DNA of 64,000 nucleotides from Babesia bigemina (lineage: Eukaryota): the NCBI RefSeq assembly GCF_000981445.1, contig NC_027216.1, positions 992,001-1,056,000 of the forward strand, read 5' to 3'. This document shows, piece after piece, positions 10,001 through 23,200 of this stretch. Position numbers and translations under genes: made by a program. The notes beneath the pieces were generated by a model, which made no database searches, had not been told where the DNA came from, and saw nothing but the letters and a program-made list of their open reading frames with translations. The stretch's first letter is position 1. Each line of letters opens with the position of its first letter.

Positions 10001-10912
10001 GGAGACAAGCTCCGAGTCAGCCAGCACGGAACCAGACTTCGCGCTGTAATGCTGAGGGCAGCGGGCCCGGTAGATGGCCCCCCGTCGAAGGAGCTCCTGG
10101 AAAGCGTTCATTACATGCCGTTCGTAGTTGTAGTGATAGGTTGCGTAAAATTGCTTCCAGAATCCCCAGAAGCCTGACATTTCAAATGTCGACATCTGCG
10201 ACTGAATCGACTGCGTGGCAACCTGGCTGCAGCGCTGCCGCACCTCAACGGCTCTGGGGACACCTGCATCTGTCAAACCTCTGCGTAGGTCCCCCAATAC
10301 ATAATCACTCGATCCAAGCACTTTTGACTCGATGGGTATCCCATGGCAATCCCATCCCGGCAGGAAGAGCGCCAGCCGGCCGTCGAGCAATGCGGCCCGC
10401 AGCAAAACGTCCTTGATGGTCTTGTTAAGGAAGTGACCGTAGTGCGCCGATCCATTTGCATAAGGCGGCCCGTCGAGAATCACTGTGGTGCGTTTCGCCA
10501 CCTTGGCGTCGGAGAGCCCCTTGTCCTCGAACTTAGACAGACGTCGTTCTAGCAGCAGACGGTATATGTCGTGATCCTTCCAGAACTTCTGGATGCGCGC
10601 CTGTCGCTCAATAGCCGCTTTGTTGAAATGCTTTTGCTTAGGCCAGATCGTTTTAGGCAGGTTCAGGGTGTTCTCTATGGCGGTTTCGTCCAGCGCCGTC
10701 TGGCGTGAGCCTTCATCTGCACCCGAAGCTTGCAGTGGATGGGCTCCATAGCGCGTCCTTCTACATCCATCGCTATAACCACACGTGCGATATTGCCGAT
10801 CGACGGCCAACACTGCGTCTGCAGCGTCGTTGAGACGGCGAATCACATAGCAGTCGCAACACAGCAGAGCACCGAGGATCAGGTGTACGAGGACCGAATC
10901 CCGCAGTCGCAT
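7044..10912 (-). CDS. ileS: Isoleucyl-tRNA synthetase, bacterial-type, probably apicoplast-targeted (exons 10912-7473 and 7293-7044)
   Basis: DGPPYANG, HYGH (HIGH), PGWDCHG, WTTLPWTLPAN, DWCLSRQRVWG and KLSK (KMSKS) motifs. A GT-AG intron at 7472-7294 restores the CKRCW..LCDRC zinc finger. Hydrophobic signal-like N-terminus. Confidence 0.95.
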
Positions 10913-11016
10913 ACTTGCGCCCAACGCCACTCACATTTGTACGTACTAGCTACATCTAACTTCGACAAGCTGTGTCTATGTGTTACTCTACACATTGATG
11001 GTCGCGCGAAGGCAGG

Positions 11017-12883
11017 TTACTTTACATTAAAGGATGACAGATAAGACCTGATCTTCTCCAACTCTTCAGCCATGGACCGTGTCGAGTTGGAAGTCTGCGT
11101 GTGTGTGAGAACTTCGTGAGATCAACAACGTATCGTGCAGGCGCGCGGTCCCGCGGACGCAGCTCCACCCGGTGCATACACCTACCTTTATGCCGAAGAA
11201 TCGGGCCCATCTCAGCATGTTAGGCTGAGACATAGCGCGAAAGTCGAGATTCCAGAACCGGTCTAGCGGGTCACCCTGCGGCTCCGCCGAAGCGTTCTCG
11301 ACACGTACACCCCGTCCCTCTGACCCGGGCGAGAGACTGCCCTCATTTCGGTTGCATCTGTAGTTCCCTGCTGAACGCATTACTGCTCGAGAGGGAGAGA
11401 CCGCTTCCGGCTTGTCGTTGGACTTAAGCCAGCACGAGCGCCACATGCGGAAGTCGTTGAGCACGTTGGATTCCATAAAGTCATCCGCATTGTAGTTCGC
11501 AACGTTGCGGTCCAGCTGGCTCTCGCCTATAAATTCCAGCTCATCATCATTTCCGTGCACAGAAGAGCCCACGCGTTGCATCGCGTGGTGCGAAACGTCG
11601 GTGAACGACGACTCGGAGTCATCGTCAACCTGACCCTTGCACGGCGGTTCCGGTGGCCCCGCTTGCTCAGCGTGGGACTTGTGCTCCTCCACATCCCCAT
11701 CATCTACAATCTCTATTACATCTGGGACGCATTGAATAGCGCCATTTTGCGATACTACTCCCTCACCGGACTCTGCCTGTGGAGAAGCGGTTGTTTCCGT
11801 GGCTGCCTTAGCAACTGTTGGTTCCTGTTTTGCGTCACGTGGGAGTGTATAATCTGTCAACACGTTAGCCACCGAAACAGCCGCACAGGCGTTTTCTTTG
11901 GGCGACATAGACTCCTTAGCCGGGACAGTCGTCCGAGCCCCTGCAGAGCTGCCACGCGTAACGCCAGGCCCATCGCCGTTCAACGACGTGGCAGCAGCAA
12001 CTAACTCAGCGCCATCCGGTCTCGTTTGCTCAACGTCCTTTGGACGTGTTGCATTCAGACGATCGCATTCAGCGGCGTTCCACCTACTGGGGAATGATTC
12101 CTGTAGTTGCCGCACATTCAGCTGATAAAGGGCGTTCAGCAACCCCTGGCGCTCCGACTCAAATCGCTTCATAGTTTTCTCTATGTTGGATATGCGGGAG
12201 CATATGGTCTTCACGTAGCTTGCGATGTCCTTCACGTCCTTGGGAGTGGTGAGCCAGAACGGCACAGAGGTATCCACCGGTGCAGGCTTACGAATCGGCG
12301 GCACAGGAATCTCCGCAGGTTCCGGCTTCACCACCGCCTTCCGCTTCGCCCGCTTTTTGCGCGGTTCCACAGCGACGGTAGTGTCAGAGCAGTTCAACAA
12401 CAGCTGTTTGGAACCGGTGCTGCGGCCCGGCCTTTCCCGCAACCCCGATTTACTCGTCAGCGCGGCAGCACGCTCTCCCAATCCAGGGGACAAACATGGT
12501 CCTTTATCATCCCCCACCTTTATGCTTTGTATGGTAGGAACTGCGCTGCGTTCCAGCGAAGGTGGTGACTGGCTTCCGCCACCATTGCCTGTGTCGATAT
12601 CTGGTCCGCCAGCACTCCGGGTCCGCGAAAGCATAGCAGCCGAGGGCAGCCCAGCGCCATCTACCCGCACCGGAGTCGTCCTCGCACTAGAAGACGGCGA
12701 GTACACACTGGTGGAATCGCTCATGAACCTCAGGCTTTCTATTGAGTCAATGGAGGAATGCGTGCGATCCTGAGGATTGGCGGCACGGCGAGGGCGCCGA
12801 CTTCTTGGCGTTGACGCCGCGTTCGTTGGAGAAATCGCATTCCGGCCAACCGCGGCATCAGGTAAAGTGGCGCCACTCAGCAT
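11017..12883 (-). CDS. Low-complexity protein with a coiled coil and a C-terminal SLX4-type SAP-like motif (intron 11185-11095)
   Basis: Long ORF from ATG 12883. Splicing yields FRAMSQPNMLRWARFFGIK-TSNSTRSMAEELEKIRSYL, resembling the SLX4 SAP motif. Confidence 0.55.
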
Positions 12884-13151
12884 CGTGGCGGCCCTGCCCC
12901 GCAGGAACGAGTGAATTGGCCTTAGCCGGGGGAAGGCGGCATACGAGGCTGGTCATACCCGTCCACGCAGAGTAGTCCAGGCGCGGCCTTCCTAGTTCAT
13001 ACCGAGCCTAATTTCACCATGGTCGGATAATTTATAGCTAATATGCGCGTCAGCCATCCCAACGCAAGGTGACGGGCTGCGCTGCGTACACATCTCGCCT
13101 AGCCAAAGCGTTCCGCCCGCTCACTGCCCATTAGGCCCTCCAAATACGGAA

Positions 13152-13838
13152 ATGTACATAAATGAGTACTTCGGCGCGCATTACTTGCGTCGATGTGTGA
13201 GACATTTCGGAGTCTCCGGCAGCTATGGGCCGAGCATCTACGGAATCCAGACAACTGAAACGAATACCCGGCTCATCCGCCTTCCCCAGGAGGCGCCGCC
13301 GCCTCAGATTGACATAAATGCGCGTTTACATGTGGCGCAATGGCCGGGCAAGATACGGGCGCTGCGCTCCGGTTACTTCTTCAGACCCGAGCAGCGAACG
13401 AACACGGGGTATTACCACATGCTCATCAAGGGCAAGAAGGACGTTTGTCTCGTGTCTAACGCCGTGAAGAGCCAAACTGCTACGAAGACCATTGAGAACT
13501 GCCTGCACGAGCGCACGCGCGGATTCTCCGGCCAGGTGCTGCTTCACGGCAGGGGTGTCAAGGCGTTCTTCGAGCCGCAGTTTCCGCACCTCATGTTCAG
13601 GCTGGGAGTGGGTTCAAATTGTCTGGACGCTACTCGGATTTGCACGATGTATGCCAAGCACGTCAAGGTAGAAGTGGATCGCACTGGGCTCATCGTCTCC
13701 GTACACGGGTACAACAAAATGATGGTAGGGAACGTCGTCTACCGTCTTTTCCGGCTGGTGGAGGCGAATCCGTACACGCTAAAGGGTGGCCACATCGCAA
13801 ATTATCCCATCAAGAAGAAGACGCCTAAAAAGCGGTAG
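13152..13838 (+). CDS. Organellar (probably mitochondrial) ribosomal protein uL6
   Basis: TRGF....LHGRGVKA, ..GYNKMMVGN..., ANPYTLKG and a basic KKKTPKK tail match the L6 C-terminal domain. Confidence 0.85.
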   Translation: MYINEYFGAHYLRRCVRHFGVSGSYGPSIYGIQTTETNTRLIRLPQEAPPPQIDINARLHVAQWPGKIRALRSGYFFRPEQRTNTGYYHMLIKGKKDVCLVSNAVKSQTATKTIENCLHERTRGFSGQVLLHGRGVKAFFEPQFPHLMFRLGVGSNCLDATRICTMYAKHVKVEVDRTGLIVSVHGYNKMMVGNVVYRLFRLVEANPYTLKGGHIANYPIKKKTPKKR

Positions 13839-14270
13839 CGTCGGAGCGCTGCCGCGTTGCGTGGGTCGTGAAATGGAAATGGGCAGCCGTATCGGCTCTG
13901 TATTGTATGTACCCGTGCGAGTAAGAGCGCAGGAGTCAAATCAGCGGTATCAATAGAAACAAGATTAACCTCGGTTGCGACTTTTGGGGCACGGCACAGA
14001 TTTGGGAAGCGCCAGCGCCGGCGATGCCACGTAGATGCCTACGAGCCGCCGCGGCTGGCGCCGCCGCACTCCGCAACGTCACTGCATGAACGATTGCGCG
14101 TAATTGGGTTGTTACAGTTGTAACTTCACACTTAAAGTTAACAAAAGTAGCAGTGGTTTCACGCTGAAGGTGATAAGTCCGAGTGGGTCAGATGTCAATC
14201 CATCTCGGAAGGTGGCTGGCGGCTACAAGACAAATTGCCGCGCCTGGTCGGCGGTGTGCCCACGGCAGCT

Positions 14271-15326
14271 TCATTGTTTCATAAAGCAGCTGTGGTCGCC
14301 GTTAAACATGATTTCGGAGTCGTCCGGCGCAGGTTCAAATTGCTGCACGGCTTTTATGTACTCCTGGACGTCTTCGTCGAGTCCGATGATACGCTCCTTT
14401 ATGTTACCATTGCGATAGCTCTCCACTAATTCGCGGACCTCTTGGGCGCTCTTTACCTCGTAGTGGTAGCTGTCGCGCACCGTGCCGTTGAGCAAGTTCA
14501 ACGCCTCCCTCTCGGCCTCCTTGACCTCTTCGTTGTTGTACACGTCAAGGTCCTTGAATCGCCGCTTACGGATGTTCTTGGTGGGCGGTGTAATGCCGTC
14601 AGGCCACTCCCACATGCACTGGCGCATGGCCTCGACGGTGACCTCCGCCTCCTTCCGCTCCTGCACGACGATCATCTGCGAGACATCAGCCGCCTTGAAC
14701 AGCATGTCGCAGTCGAGCGTCTTGTGCGCCTCGAGGTGGCACGGCAGCTCTACCAAGATGCCCATCAGCTCCACGGGGACGCCGCGCACCCGTACTACGA
14801 ACTCTCGGTAGTCGTAGCGCCCCGTTGGCTCGATCGATACGCCGGTATCCTCGTTAGCAGCGCTGCGCTCTCTAATGACCTCGGCGATGTCGGGGGGAAA
14901 GCGGATGATGCAGTGCTTGTCAATGGAACCCATGTCGCTGAAGTCGCATGCTCCTCCGGAGTCTGCGTATTGCAACCTCTTGGAGCTGTGCCGCTCGCTT
15001 TTCGCCGGCTTGTTAAACAGCACCTCCTCGTATATCTCATGCGCGCCGAATATGCCATGGCGCGCCAAAAGCTTCCCCTTTATGATCTCGTCGAAGCCCT
15101 GTAACTTCGGCGGGTTAGGGTCGGGCTGCGCAAGCACTTCCGAGGGAGGCCCTGAAGCGACCGCACCGCTCGCGGTCGCCGCGTCCTGATTTGCTTCATA
15201 TGCGGAGTTATCGTCTTGTGCGGAATCTGGCGCCTCAAGCTCGGCTGCGGCGGTGGCAGGGACGCTGGTCACGTCGCTCTGCCCGTCGACCAGGCTGCTC
15301 TCGACGGAAGCCTCGTTATCCGACAT
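14271..15326 (-). CDS. TAF7: TFIID subunit TAF7 (TAFII55 N-terminal domain)
   Basis: IIRFP, LVELPCHLEAHKTLD, FKAADVSQM and WPDGITPPTKNIRKRRF motifs; likely start MSDNE at 15326. Confidence 0.9.
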   Translation of the reverse strand: MSDNEASVESSLVDGQSDVTSVPATAAAELEAPDSAQDDNSAYEANQDAATASGAVASGPPSEVLAQPDPNPPKLQGFDEIIKGKLLARHGIFGAHEIYEEVLFNKPAKSERHSSKRLQYADSGGACDFSDMGSIDKHCIIRFPPDIAEVIRERSAANEDTGVSIEPTGRYDYREFVVRVRGVPVELMGILVELPCHLEAHKTLDCDMLFKAADVSQMIVVQERKEAEVTVEAMRQCMWEWPDGITPPTKNIRKRRFKDLDVYNNEEVKEAEREALNLLNGTVRDSYHYEVKSAQEVRELVESYRNGNIKERIIGLDEDVQEYIKAVQQFEPAPDDSEIMFNGDHSCFMKQ

Positions 15327-16136
15327 CGCGATACGCCAAATCCGCTGCAGAAGGCGGGCGATGCGCGCTGCAGTGCGTGTACTGGGCAGAGAATCACGCC
15401 TGCAGCGTCCGGCGCTCCTGCAGGGCACGGAATGTCGGCTCTGGGCGCCGCGGCAGAAAGTAACCGCGGCACGCGATTCGGTCAATCCACAGCGTTGCGG
15501 CTACTGCATTCCGCCGCCTGCAACCAACGCCGGCTCACGTGCGTGGGAGCACGGCGCCGCAACTGCAGCGAGGCAACCTTCTTCGCCGCGGATTGCGTTG
15601 GCGCACGCGAACGGGATTGGGCCGCAAACACCGGTAATAAAGTGCTAGTATACACACCGAATTCGGCTACGTGTCTTTAAAGGGCAGATCAGCTACGGGA
15701 GCGTTGGAGAAGGGCGATACGCGCAAAGCTTAGCCATCGCGGGAACGCTACCTTCCACGTCAGCCGAAGCGACGATGATACCGCGCTGGTCATCGAATTG
15801 CGGTGTTGTTTCCACTCAACCCACCCGCATTTTGGCGGGCCGCCCCCAGGGATCTGGTCGCCTTGGCCTGCTGCCACGGCCAGTAATAGCAATCACTTCT
15901 GTTCAATGCCCGACTTCAGTCGACAAGACACCGGCGCAGTGTGTGTAGCGTCGTCCACTTTTTGAAGTGTGTAGCGGCGCGGAATAAGATGGCCGATTTA
16001 CTGCTTACGGCGCCGTTCGGAACCCAGAGCTGGATGAAACGGGGACGCCGTGGCGAAACCGTGGAGCCGTGAAGCGCGCCCCTGGTGCATCCCGAGGGGG
16101 ATGTGATGTGATTCTAGGCTGCTAGTGACGCCCAAA

Positions 16137-16856
16137 ATGCCGGAGGAGAAAATTGAGGCGACTGGAATACCGCTATTCCGCCTAACGCTGATCGGCGCCC
16201 ACGGCGTTGGAAAAACGTGCCTCGTGAACTCGATCATGAACAACGTGCCGCCACCGTCGTACAAAGCGACGCGGATTCCGGAACTGTACTACTTTTTGCT
16301 CCGACTATCATACGACGAGCCCATCGTAAAGGACGCCTACGACGACATCAACGCGTTCTGCTTCGAAATAGAGGACACGTGCGCGGACGACGACGTGCGC
16401 CAGCTTATCGACATGACCAGGGCTAAATGGCCGTTCGAAAGCGGCATGAACGACTACACTCCGTTTGGGATATTCAAGGAACCCCTGGTGCCGATGCGCA
16501 AGGGCGACGAGCTCCGGCCGGTGTCACAAAATCGCATGGCGTTCCTCGTCGTTTTCGACGTCAGCAACTACGAGTCCTACAAGTACGCCATATCCATTGT
16601 AGAATACATTATGCACAACCTGGGCAGCATCGGCACGACGCAGCCCCTCGTTTGCCTCGTGGCAAACAAGTCCGACCTCATGCGGGACGATGCGCCCATA
16701 TGGGACGAGGCTGAAACGTTCAGCCAGGCGCGCACTGTCCCCATGTACCGGGTCTCCACGGTCCTGAACCAAAACATCGCCAAGATGATGAGGGAGCTCG
16801 CAATGCTGCTGTATGGGTCGCTGGCGCTATGGGAAATCGTGACCCACACCACCTGA
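16137..16856 (+). CDS. Atypical Ras-superfamily small GTPase
   Basis: G1 GAHGVGKT, AFLVVFDVS, G4 NKSD; G3 is degenerate (EDTCA) and there is no CAAX motif. Confidence 0.8.
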   Translation: MPEEKIEATGIPLFRLTLIGAHGVGKTCLVNSIMNNVPPPSYKATRIPELYYFLLRLSYDEPIVKDAYDDINAFCFEIEDTCADDDVRQLIDMTRAKWPFESGMNDYTPFGIFKEPLVPMRKGDELRPVSQNRMAFLVVFDVSNYESYKYAISIVEYIMHNLGSIGTTQPLVCLVANKSDLMRDDAPIWDEAETFSQARTVPMYRVSTVLNQNIAKMMRELAMLLYGSLALWEIVTHTT

Positions 16857-17001
16857 GCCGTACGACGGCCCTCACAGCGCGGCGTGCAACACACTCCATG
16901 TAGCCGCATAATACCGCAAATTAGCTGTGCACGCATGTAATAATGGTGCTTATCAAGTTAACTATGGAGACTTGCGGCCGCCGAATCTCCCGGCACCTCC
17001 G

Positions 17002-19091
17002 CTAGCTGTTGGCGTTATCTGCCGGGGTTTCCGCCTCCAGAGGGCGTGAGGTGGCGACTTGCCGATGCATCTTCTTGGGTCCCCAATATTTGCTGGGGTT
17101 GTTCAGCCAGCGGGCCACCGCAGTGCGAGTGGAAGTTTCGGGCGGCGTGAGATCGATCCCCTCCGTTTGGATGGGCGTCTTGAAGAATTCATGAGACCCC
17201 ACCTTGTTTTGCTCGATTGCGTGGTGCCGTAAGATGTCCATGACAACCTTGTTGGGCGCGTCCGTCTTCAGCGACTGCGGATCGCGGTGGAAGTGCGACG
17301 CTCGGTAGCCCAGCTTCTCGAGGCATGCCTTGAATGCGGACGGGCTGATCGTGGTCAGATTCCACTTCTGGCACAGGCACGGAATGCTGTAGTGCAGCGG
17401 GGTGTCTTCAAGCTCCTGAGAGACAATGTCACGCGGCATCACAACCAAGTCAAGAGACATCGAATATTCGCATAATCAGTCATTTCACCATACATACACC
17501 CCGCTTGCGGGAAGCGACATCACGCGCACCGATACGACCGCACAATGTAACGTTACAACCAGCGTAACCGAGTGGAAACTGACGACGTTCGTCGCGAGGC
17601 CATACAGCGCTCCCCCCCACGAAACTCACCTCGGAAATGGCCGTTAAGATGCCTATGATTTTGGCATTTTGGGTAACCCCTGGCAGCGATTCATGCGCCT
17701 CGGTGGCGTTCTTTAGCGCTGCCGAAACGAACTGCCTGTTGTGTATGGGTCCGACGTAGAGCGGGCCGCCGATCTTCAAACGTCCGTTGCACTCCTCGCA
17801 CGTTCCACGGAGGTCGCCCGGCACTGACGCCGGCCGCTGCTTGGGTTCGCTGTATTCGCCCAGTTTAAGCAGCCGGAACGAGTCGCACTGCGCGCACATG
17901 AGCAACAGGGCGCAGTTTTCGCTGAGGTGCTTGCACTGCTGCACGTTGTTGCTGACCCGCACGAACACCCTGACGTAGAAGTCCGCGCTGCACGAAATCA
18001 GCGGTTCCACCACCCGCTGGTATTTGGCTGCGGTTGTCATCACGGTGTAGAGCAGAATCCTGAGCGAGAGTTCGTGGCAGAATGTGGCCTTGATGCTCGA
18101 GCCCCCGTACTTGTAAAACGAGACCAAGGGGTTGTTGCCGCAGAGGGTGGGCATGTCTGTGGACGTCACCATCAACATCCCCCCGCTCTTCACGCAGCGC
18201 ACTGCTGAGTCGAGGAAGACCGTGGCCGTGGAGTAGGGGTCAATGTCAATGACGTCGATGACGTTGCGATATCGGGTAACGTCCTCGCTGCATTCGCTGG
18301 CCGCAATAACGGCCAAAAACCGCTCAACCGTACTGTTGTAGGCGTCCATTGCGCTGAATGTCTTCGATGGAACGAAACCGCAGGGGATCTTCTGGATATT
18401 GCCGTTCATCAGCATGAGGCGCAGGATGTCGGCGGGCGGTGTCAGCATCTGCGCCAGCTGGTTGCCGTCAGCACATATTGCGCGGTACTTGGACGGGGGT
18501 ATCCCGTTGAAGTCGCAGTTTTTCGCGATTGCACGGGCGGAGTTGTGGTCCAGGTCATTAATGTAGATGTGGTTGACGTAGTCTCCCAACTCCTTCAGGT
18601 AACGAATGCTCCTGATCCCTGCGTTTTATGAGCGTTTCGCGCATTTAGAAATAGAGCCAGGTAATGGAAAAGCCATCACATCGGGTGCACCACGAATGCC
18701 AGGGTCGAGATGTATGGCTAAATAGTGGCGGGCCCATGAGCCGCCTCGGTCGTTGACCCAGATAACTGATGGTACTCCACCGCCACTCAATACCGGTTAC
18801 GTTTAACCATTGCCCCAATCACGCACTAATCGCACAACACAACAGACACTAACCAGTTGCTGCAAGCATCTCTAGAACGTTGACGCCCACAAAGGCTCCA
18901 ACTCTGCTTTCGCCCGTTGACGAGCGGCATTCTTTCGCGCGCTCCTTCTCGGATTCCACGAACGTTTTCAACACTATTAGCGAAATATCGCGATTGAACA
19001 CTTGCGGAGGGTTGTAAAACAGCGGCTTCCCGTCCAGAGAGCGGCTGCTCACCTGGACGAGGCCTTCCGACACCGTTTCGGGCGCTTCCAT
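17002..19091 (-). CDS. TRM1: tRNA (guanine26-N2)-dimethyltransferase; exons 19091-18854, 18618-17630, 17415-17002
   Basis: FYNPPQVFNRDIS, spliced LAATGIRSIRY, DVIDIDPYS, HELSLRILL, DFYVRVFV, spliced ISEELEDTPLHY, KTDAP, and NPSKYWGPK motifs. Confidence 0.93.
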
Positions 19092-20279
19092 CGGCCCCGG
19101 GGGCTAAATCGCAAGGCACATCATTAAAGCAGCATTGCTACGTAACCTTCATCCAACGTTAGAGCGGTGTGTCATTTCACAACCTAAAGGGGAGGCGACC
19201 AACCCGCCGCCACAATTACGGTGAAACCATGCGCGGACGACACTTTTGAACAACGGAATTTTACTAATGATGCTTAAAGGCACATGTGCATCAGTTTTAT
19301 TTGTCGATGCTAGGAGGTGTGTGCTACCGACGAAGTGCCAAAATCAGAAGGCATGAACAAAGGCGAACACCAATCTCTTTTCGCACCCAACGCATCGATT
19401 TAAGGAGCGAAAAACACACTGATTCGTGCGTAATAACGACTGCCACCGTGCAAGCATTGGCACGGTCACTCTACACAACTGACGTAGACAGGGAACACCG
19501 GCAATGCTTCTTATCGGAGCAATCACTCGCTACCCGCCGCTAATAAAGCCGACACATAGCAAATGCAAACACACTACGGCATGGTAGCTGCGGCATCAAC
19601 GCGTAAACAGCGCATTCGTGTGTAATACAGCGTAATGCAACGTTCCACTTAACACTCGGTTCCAGACGGTACACACCAGCTTTGAACGATCTCAAAAAGC
19701 CGCACTAGCTATCACAAGTTGCCACCGATGCCCAGCCAGCGCGATCCTGTCAACCACTGACTCAATGAGCATGGCCTCACGCAGCGCCACCACCCACAGC
19801 ACCCACCACCATTCGTCAGCAGCAGCTTCAGTGTATCAAGTGCCACGTTTACAGGGAACTGTTTGGATTGGCGAAAGTTAAATGGCGAAGGATCAGCGGT
19901 GAAAACACGAGCGATTATCGTTTTCATCTCTGCGACCTTCCGGCACATTGATAAGGCTGATCCGTTCCATCCACGTATTCATCGTGTACGGGCCTGATAC
20001 TTGCGCATTATATAAGGCCGAGTGACTGTAATAGTTGCAGTTTACGGCCTACCCGCGCGCTGGCTAGCTGACAAACAGATAGGGGGTCTACCGTCGCAGC
20101 TTACACACCAACCCGAAGAACGTTACAAAAAACGCGTTACACTTCGGCAAACGGTGTACTACAGCGCCCCAATCTGATAAGGAGCTGCATCTGTGTCTAT
20201 TTTCCTTGAGAAAAACACAGGTCCTTTAAGAATAGAGGCTGTATCGTCCGCCGAGCAAGCAGTATAGCGAGAAGCAACC

Positions 20280-23200
20280 ATGGCTGGGAATCGGGCAGTT
20301 GCGACTGAGAAAAGCGGCGACCTCGTCGTCCTCCGCACGCCTCACACCTCAAGCGTAGACGATGTCCTTAAGCACTACCGCGTCACGCTTGAGAAGGGTC
20401 TCGACAGCAAGGCTGTCGAGGACAGGCGCCGGCTCTTCGGGGCTAACATGCTCGAACAGAAGGCCAAGGAATCGATATGGGTTCTTTTCTTGGGTCAGTT
20501 TGATGACATGTTGGTCAAGATTCTGCTTGGCGCTGCCATCGTCAGCTTCGTCCTGACCCTCACCGAGGTCACCGATAGCTACGCGATCACCGACTTCATC
20601 GAGCCCTTGGTCATCGTCGTCATTCTCGTGCTGAACGCCTTTGTGGGAGTGTGGCAGGAAACCAATGCTGAGCAAGCCCTCGACGCGCTGAAAAAGCTGC
20701 AGTCCACAGTGGCCACTTGCCTCAGGGATGGCAAATGGGTCACCATCGACTCCGTGGACCTCGTTGTGGGCGACATCGTGCGCATGCGAACTGGCAACAA
20801 GGTCCCCGCCGACTTGAGGGTGTGCTCCATTTCTTCAACTTCGCTCAGCTGCGAGCAATCGCAACTTACTGGAGAATCGAGGAACGTCGCCAAGACATCG
20901 AAGCCCATTCCGGCTGGCATGGAGAACTGCGAAATTCAGGAGAAGCGTAACCTGCTCTTCTGCGGTACGACGGTTTCGGCCGGGTCTTGCGTCGGCGTCG
21001 TGGTCGCGACGGGCATGCAGACTGAGATCGGAGCCATTCAGGCAGCAGTACTTGACGCTGGGTCGCAGGAGAGGGGGACGCCGCTGCAGCGTATGCTCAG
21101 CGACTTCAGCACATCGCTTTCGAAGTTCATCAGCGTGATCTGTATCGCGGTTTGGGTTATAAACGTCAGGAACTTCAATGACCCCATCCACCACAGCTTC
21201 ATGAAGGGCTGCATATATTACTTCAAGATCGCCATCGCGCTGGCCGTGGCCGCCATTCCCGAAGGACTGCCGGCCGTCATCACTACGAGTCTCGCTCTGG
21301 GAACGCGCAACATGGCCAAGAGGAATGCCATCGTTCGCAAATTGCCGTCGGTTGAGACTCTGGGTTGTACCACCGTCATCTGCTCCGACAAAACCGGCAC
21401 CATCACCACCAACAAAATGCGCGCGCAAGTGCTGAAACTGGTCGGCAATGATGACAAGGTTAGGTCGGTCCACTTCACCGACGACGGTAAAATTGACACG
21501 ACCAAGGGCAATTCCAATGAGATCGCTCCTGGCCAGGGTCTCAATGGACCTTTCGGTAAGCTTCTAAGCGCCGTGTTTAAGTGCGGTTGCATCTGTTCTG
21601 AGGCAGCCGTCGAGCAGGAAGAAGGCGAGCCCACCGAATTGGCCATTCTCCACATGGTGAACGACGTGCACGCTTTCCTGACGCCAAATGGCAGTGCGAT
21701 AGTATCGGCGGAGTACCAGAAGCAGATCCGCAAGGAGGCCACCCTCGAGTTCTGCAGGGACAGGAAGATGATGAGTGTGATTGCCAGTGAAGACGGGGGC
21801 CACCAGCTGTACACCAAGGGTGCGCCAGAGTCGGTGATCGAGAGGTGCAACATGTACATGAAAGCCGACGGCACGATGTCGCCCATCACCCCCGCTGTCA
21901 AGGCGACTATTATGCAGGAGGTGGAGATGATGGCACGCGATGCGTTGCGTACATTGGCCTTTGCGTGCTCCAACGATGCTGCCGGCGCTTTGCAGATCTA
22001 TAAGCAAAAGAGCGCCAGTGGCGAGATTTCCGAGGGCAGTCCGGAATTCTTCCAGGAGATCGAACGCGACCTCGTGTTCTTAGGTCTCACGGGTATTTTG
22101 GACCCGCCGAGGCCACAGGTCAGGCAGGCCATTGAAATGGCGCACACGGCCGGTATCAGGGTGTTCATGATCACCGGTGACAACAAGTTGACGGCTGAAG
22201 CCATTGCCAAACGCGTAGGCATTCTGCCCCCTGAATTCCCCGCCGCGAGCGACAGGGTCTGCTACTCCTACACTGGCAAGGAATTCGAAAAATTGTCAGA
22301 CAGCGAAAAGCGCCGCGTTGTGAGTGGCCACGGCGTGGTGTTCAGCAGGACTGAGCCCAAACACAAGCAGGACATTGTGTCCATATTGAAGCAGCTGGGC
22401 GAAACTGTGGCGATGACGGGTGACGGAGTCAATGATGCACCCGCGCTGAAGATGGCCGACATAGGTATTGCCATGGGCATCACCGGAACTGAAGTCGCCA
22501 AGGAGGCCGCTGACATGATCCTCGTTGACGACAACTTCCAATCTATCGTCGCTGCCATCGAGGAAGGCAGATGCATCTACTCGAACATGAAGTCGTTCAT
22601 CCGGTACCTCATTTCCAGCAACATAGGTGAGGTTGCATCTATCTTCTTGACTGCGGCTATGGGCATACCAGAGGGTATGATGCCGGTCAAGCTGCTGTGG
22701 GTTAACCTGGTCACCGATGGCCTGCCGGCCACCGCTCTCAGCTTCAACCCGCCTGACCACAAGGTGATGCTGAAGCCGCCAAGGAGCAACGACGAGAAGC
22801 TCATCGATGGGTGGACCTTCCTGAGGTACCTTATCATCGGTTTGTACGTGGGGGTGTCGACCGTGGGGTCATTCGTATGGTGGTACGTCCGCGGTATTTC
22901 CCCCAACGACGGTAACACAACCGTCACGCTGAAGCAGCTCATGAGCTTCAGCAAGTGCACGCAGTGGAGTGATTTCTCAGTCAACCGATTGGAAGGCATG
23001 ACCGACGATATGTGCAGCTACTTCACGCTCGGTAAAATCAAACCCGCCACCATCAGCCTCACGGTGTTGGTCATGATTGAGATGTTCAACGCTTACAACG
23101 CGGTGTCTGAGGAATCGTCTCTGTTTTGCACCCCCCCGTGGTTGAACCCGCATCTCATGGTGGCGACCACGATATCGTTCACTATCCACTGCATCATTCT

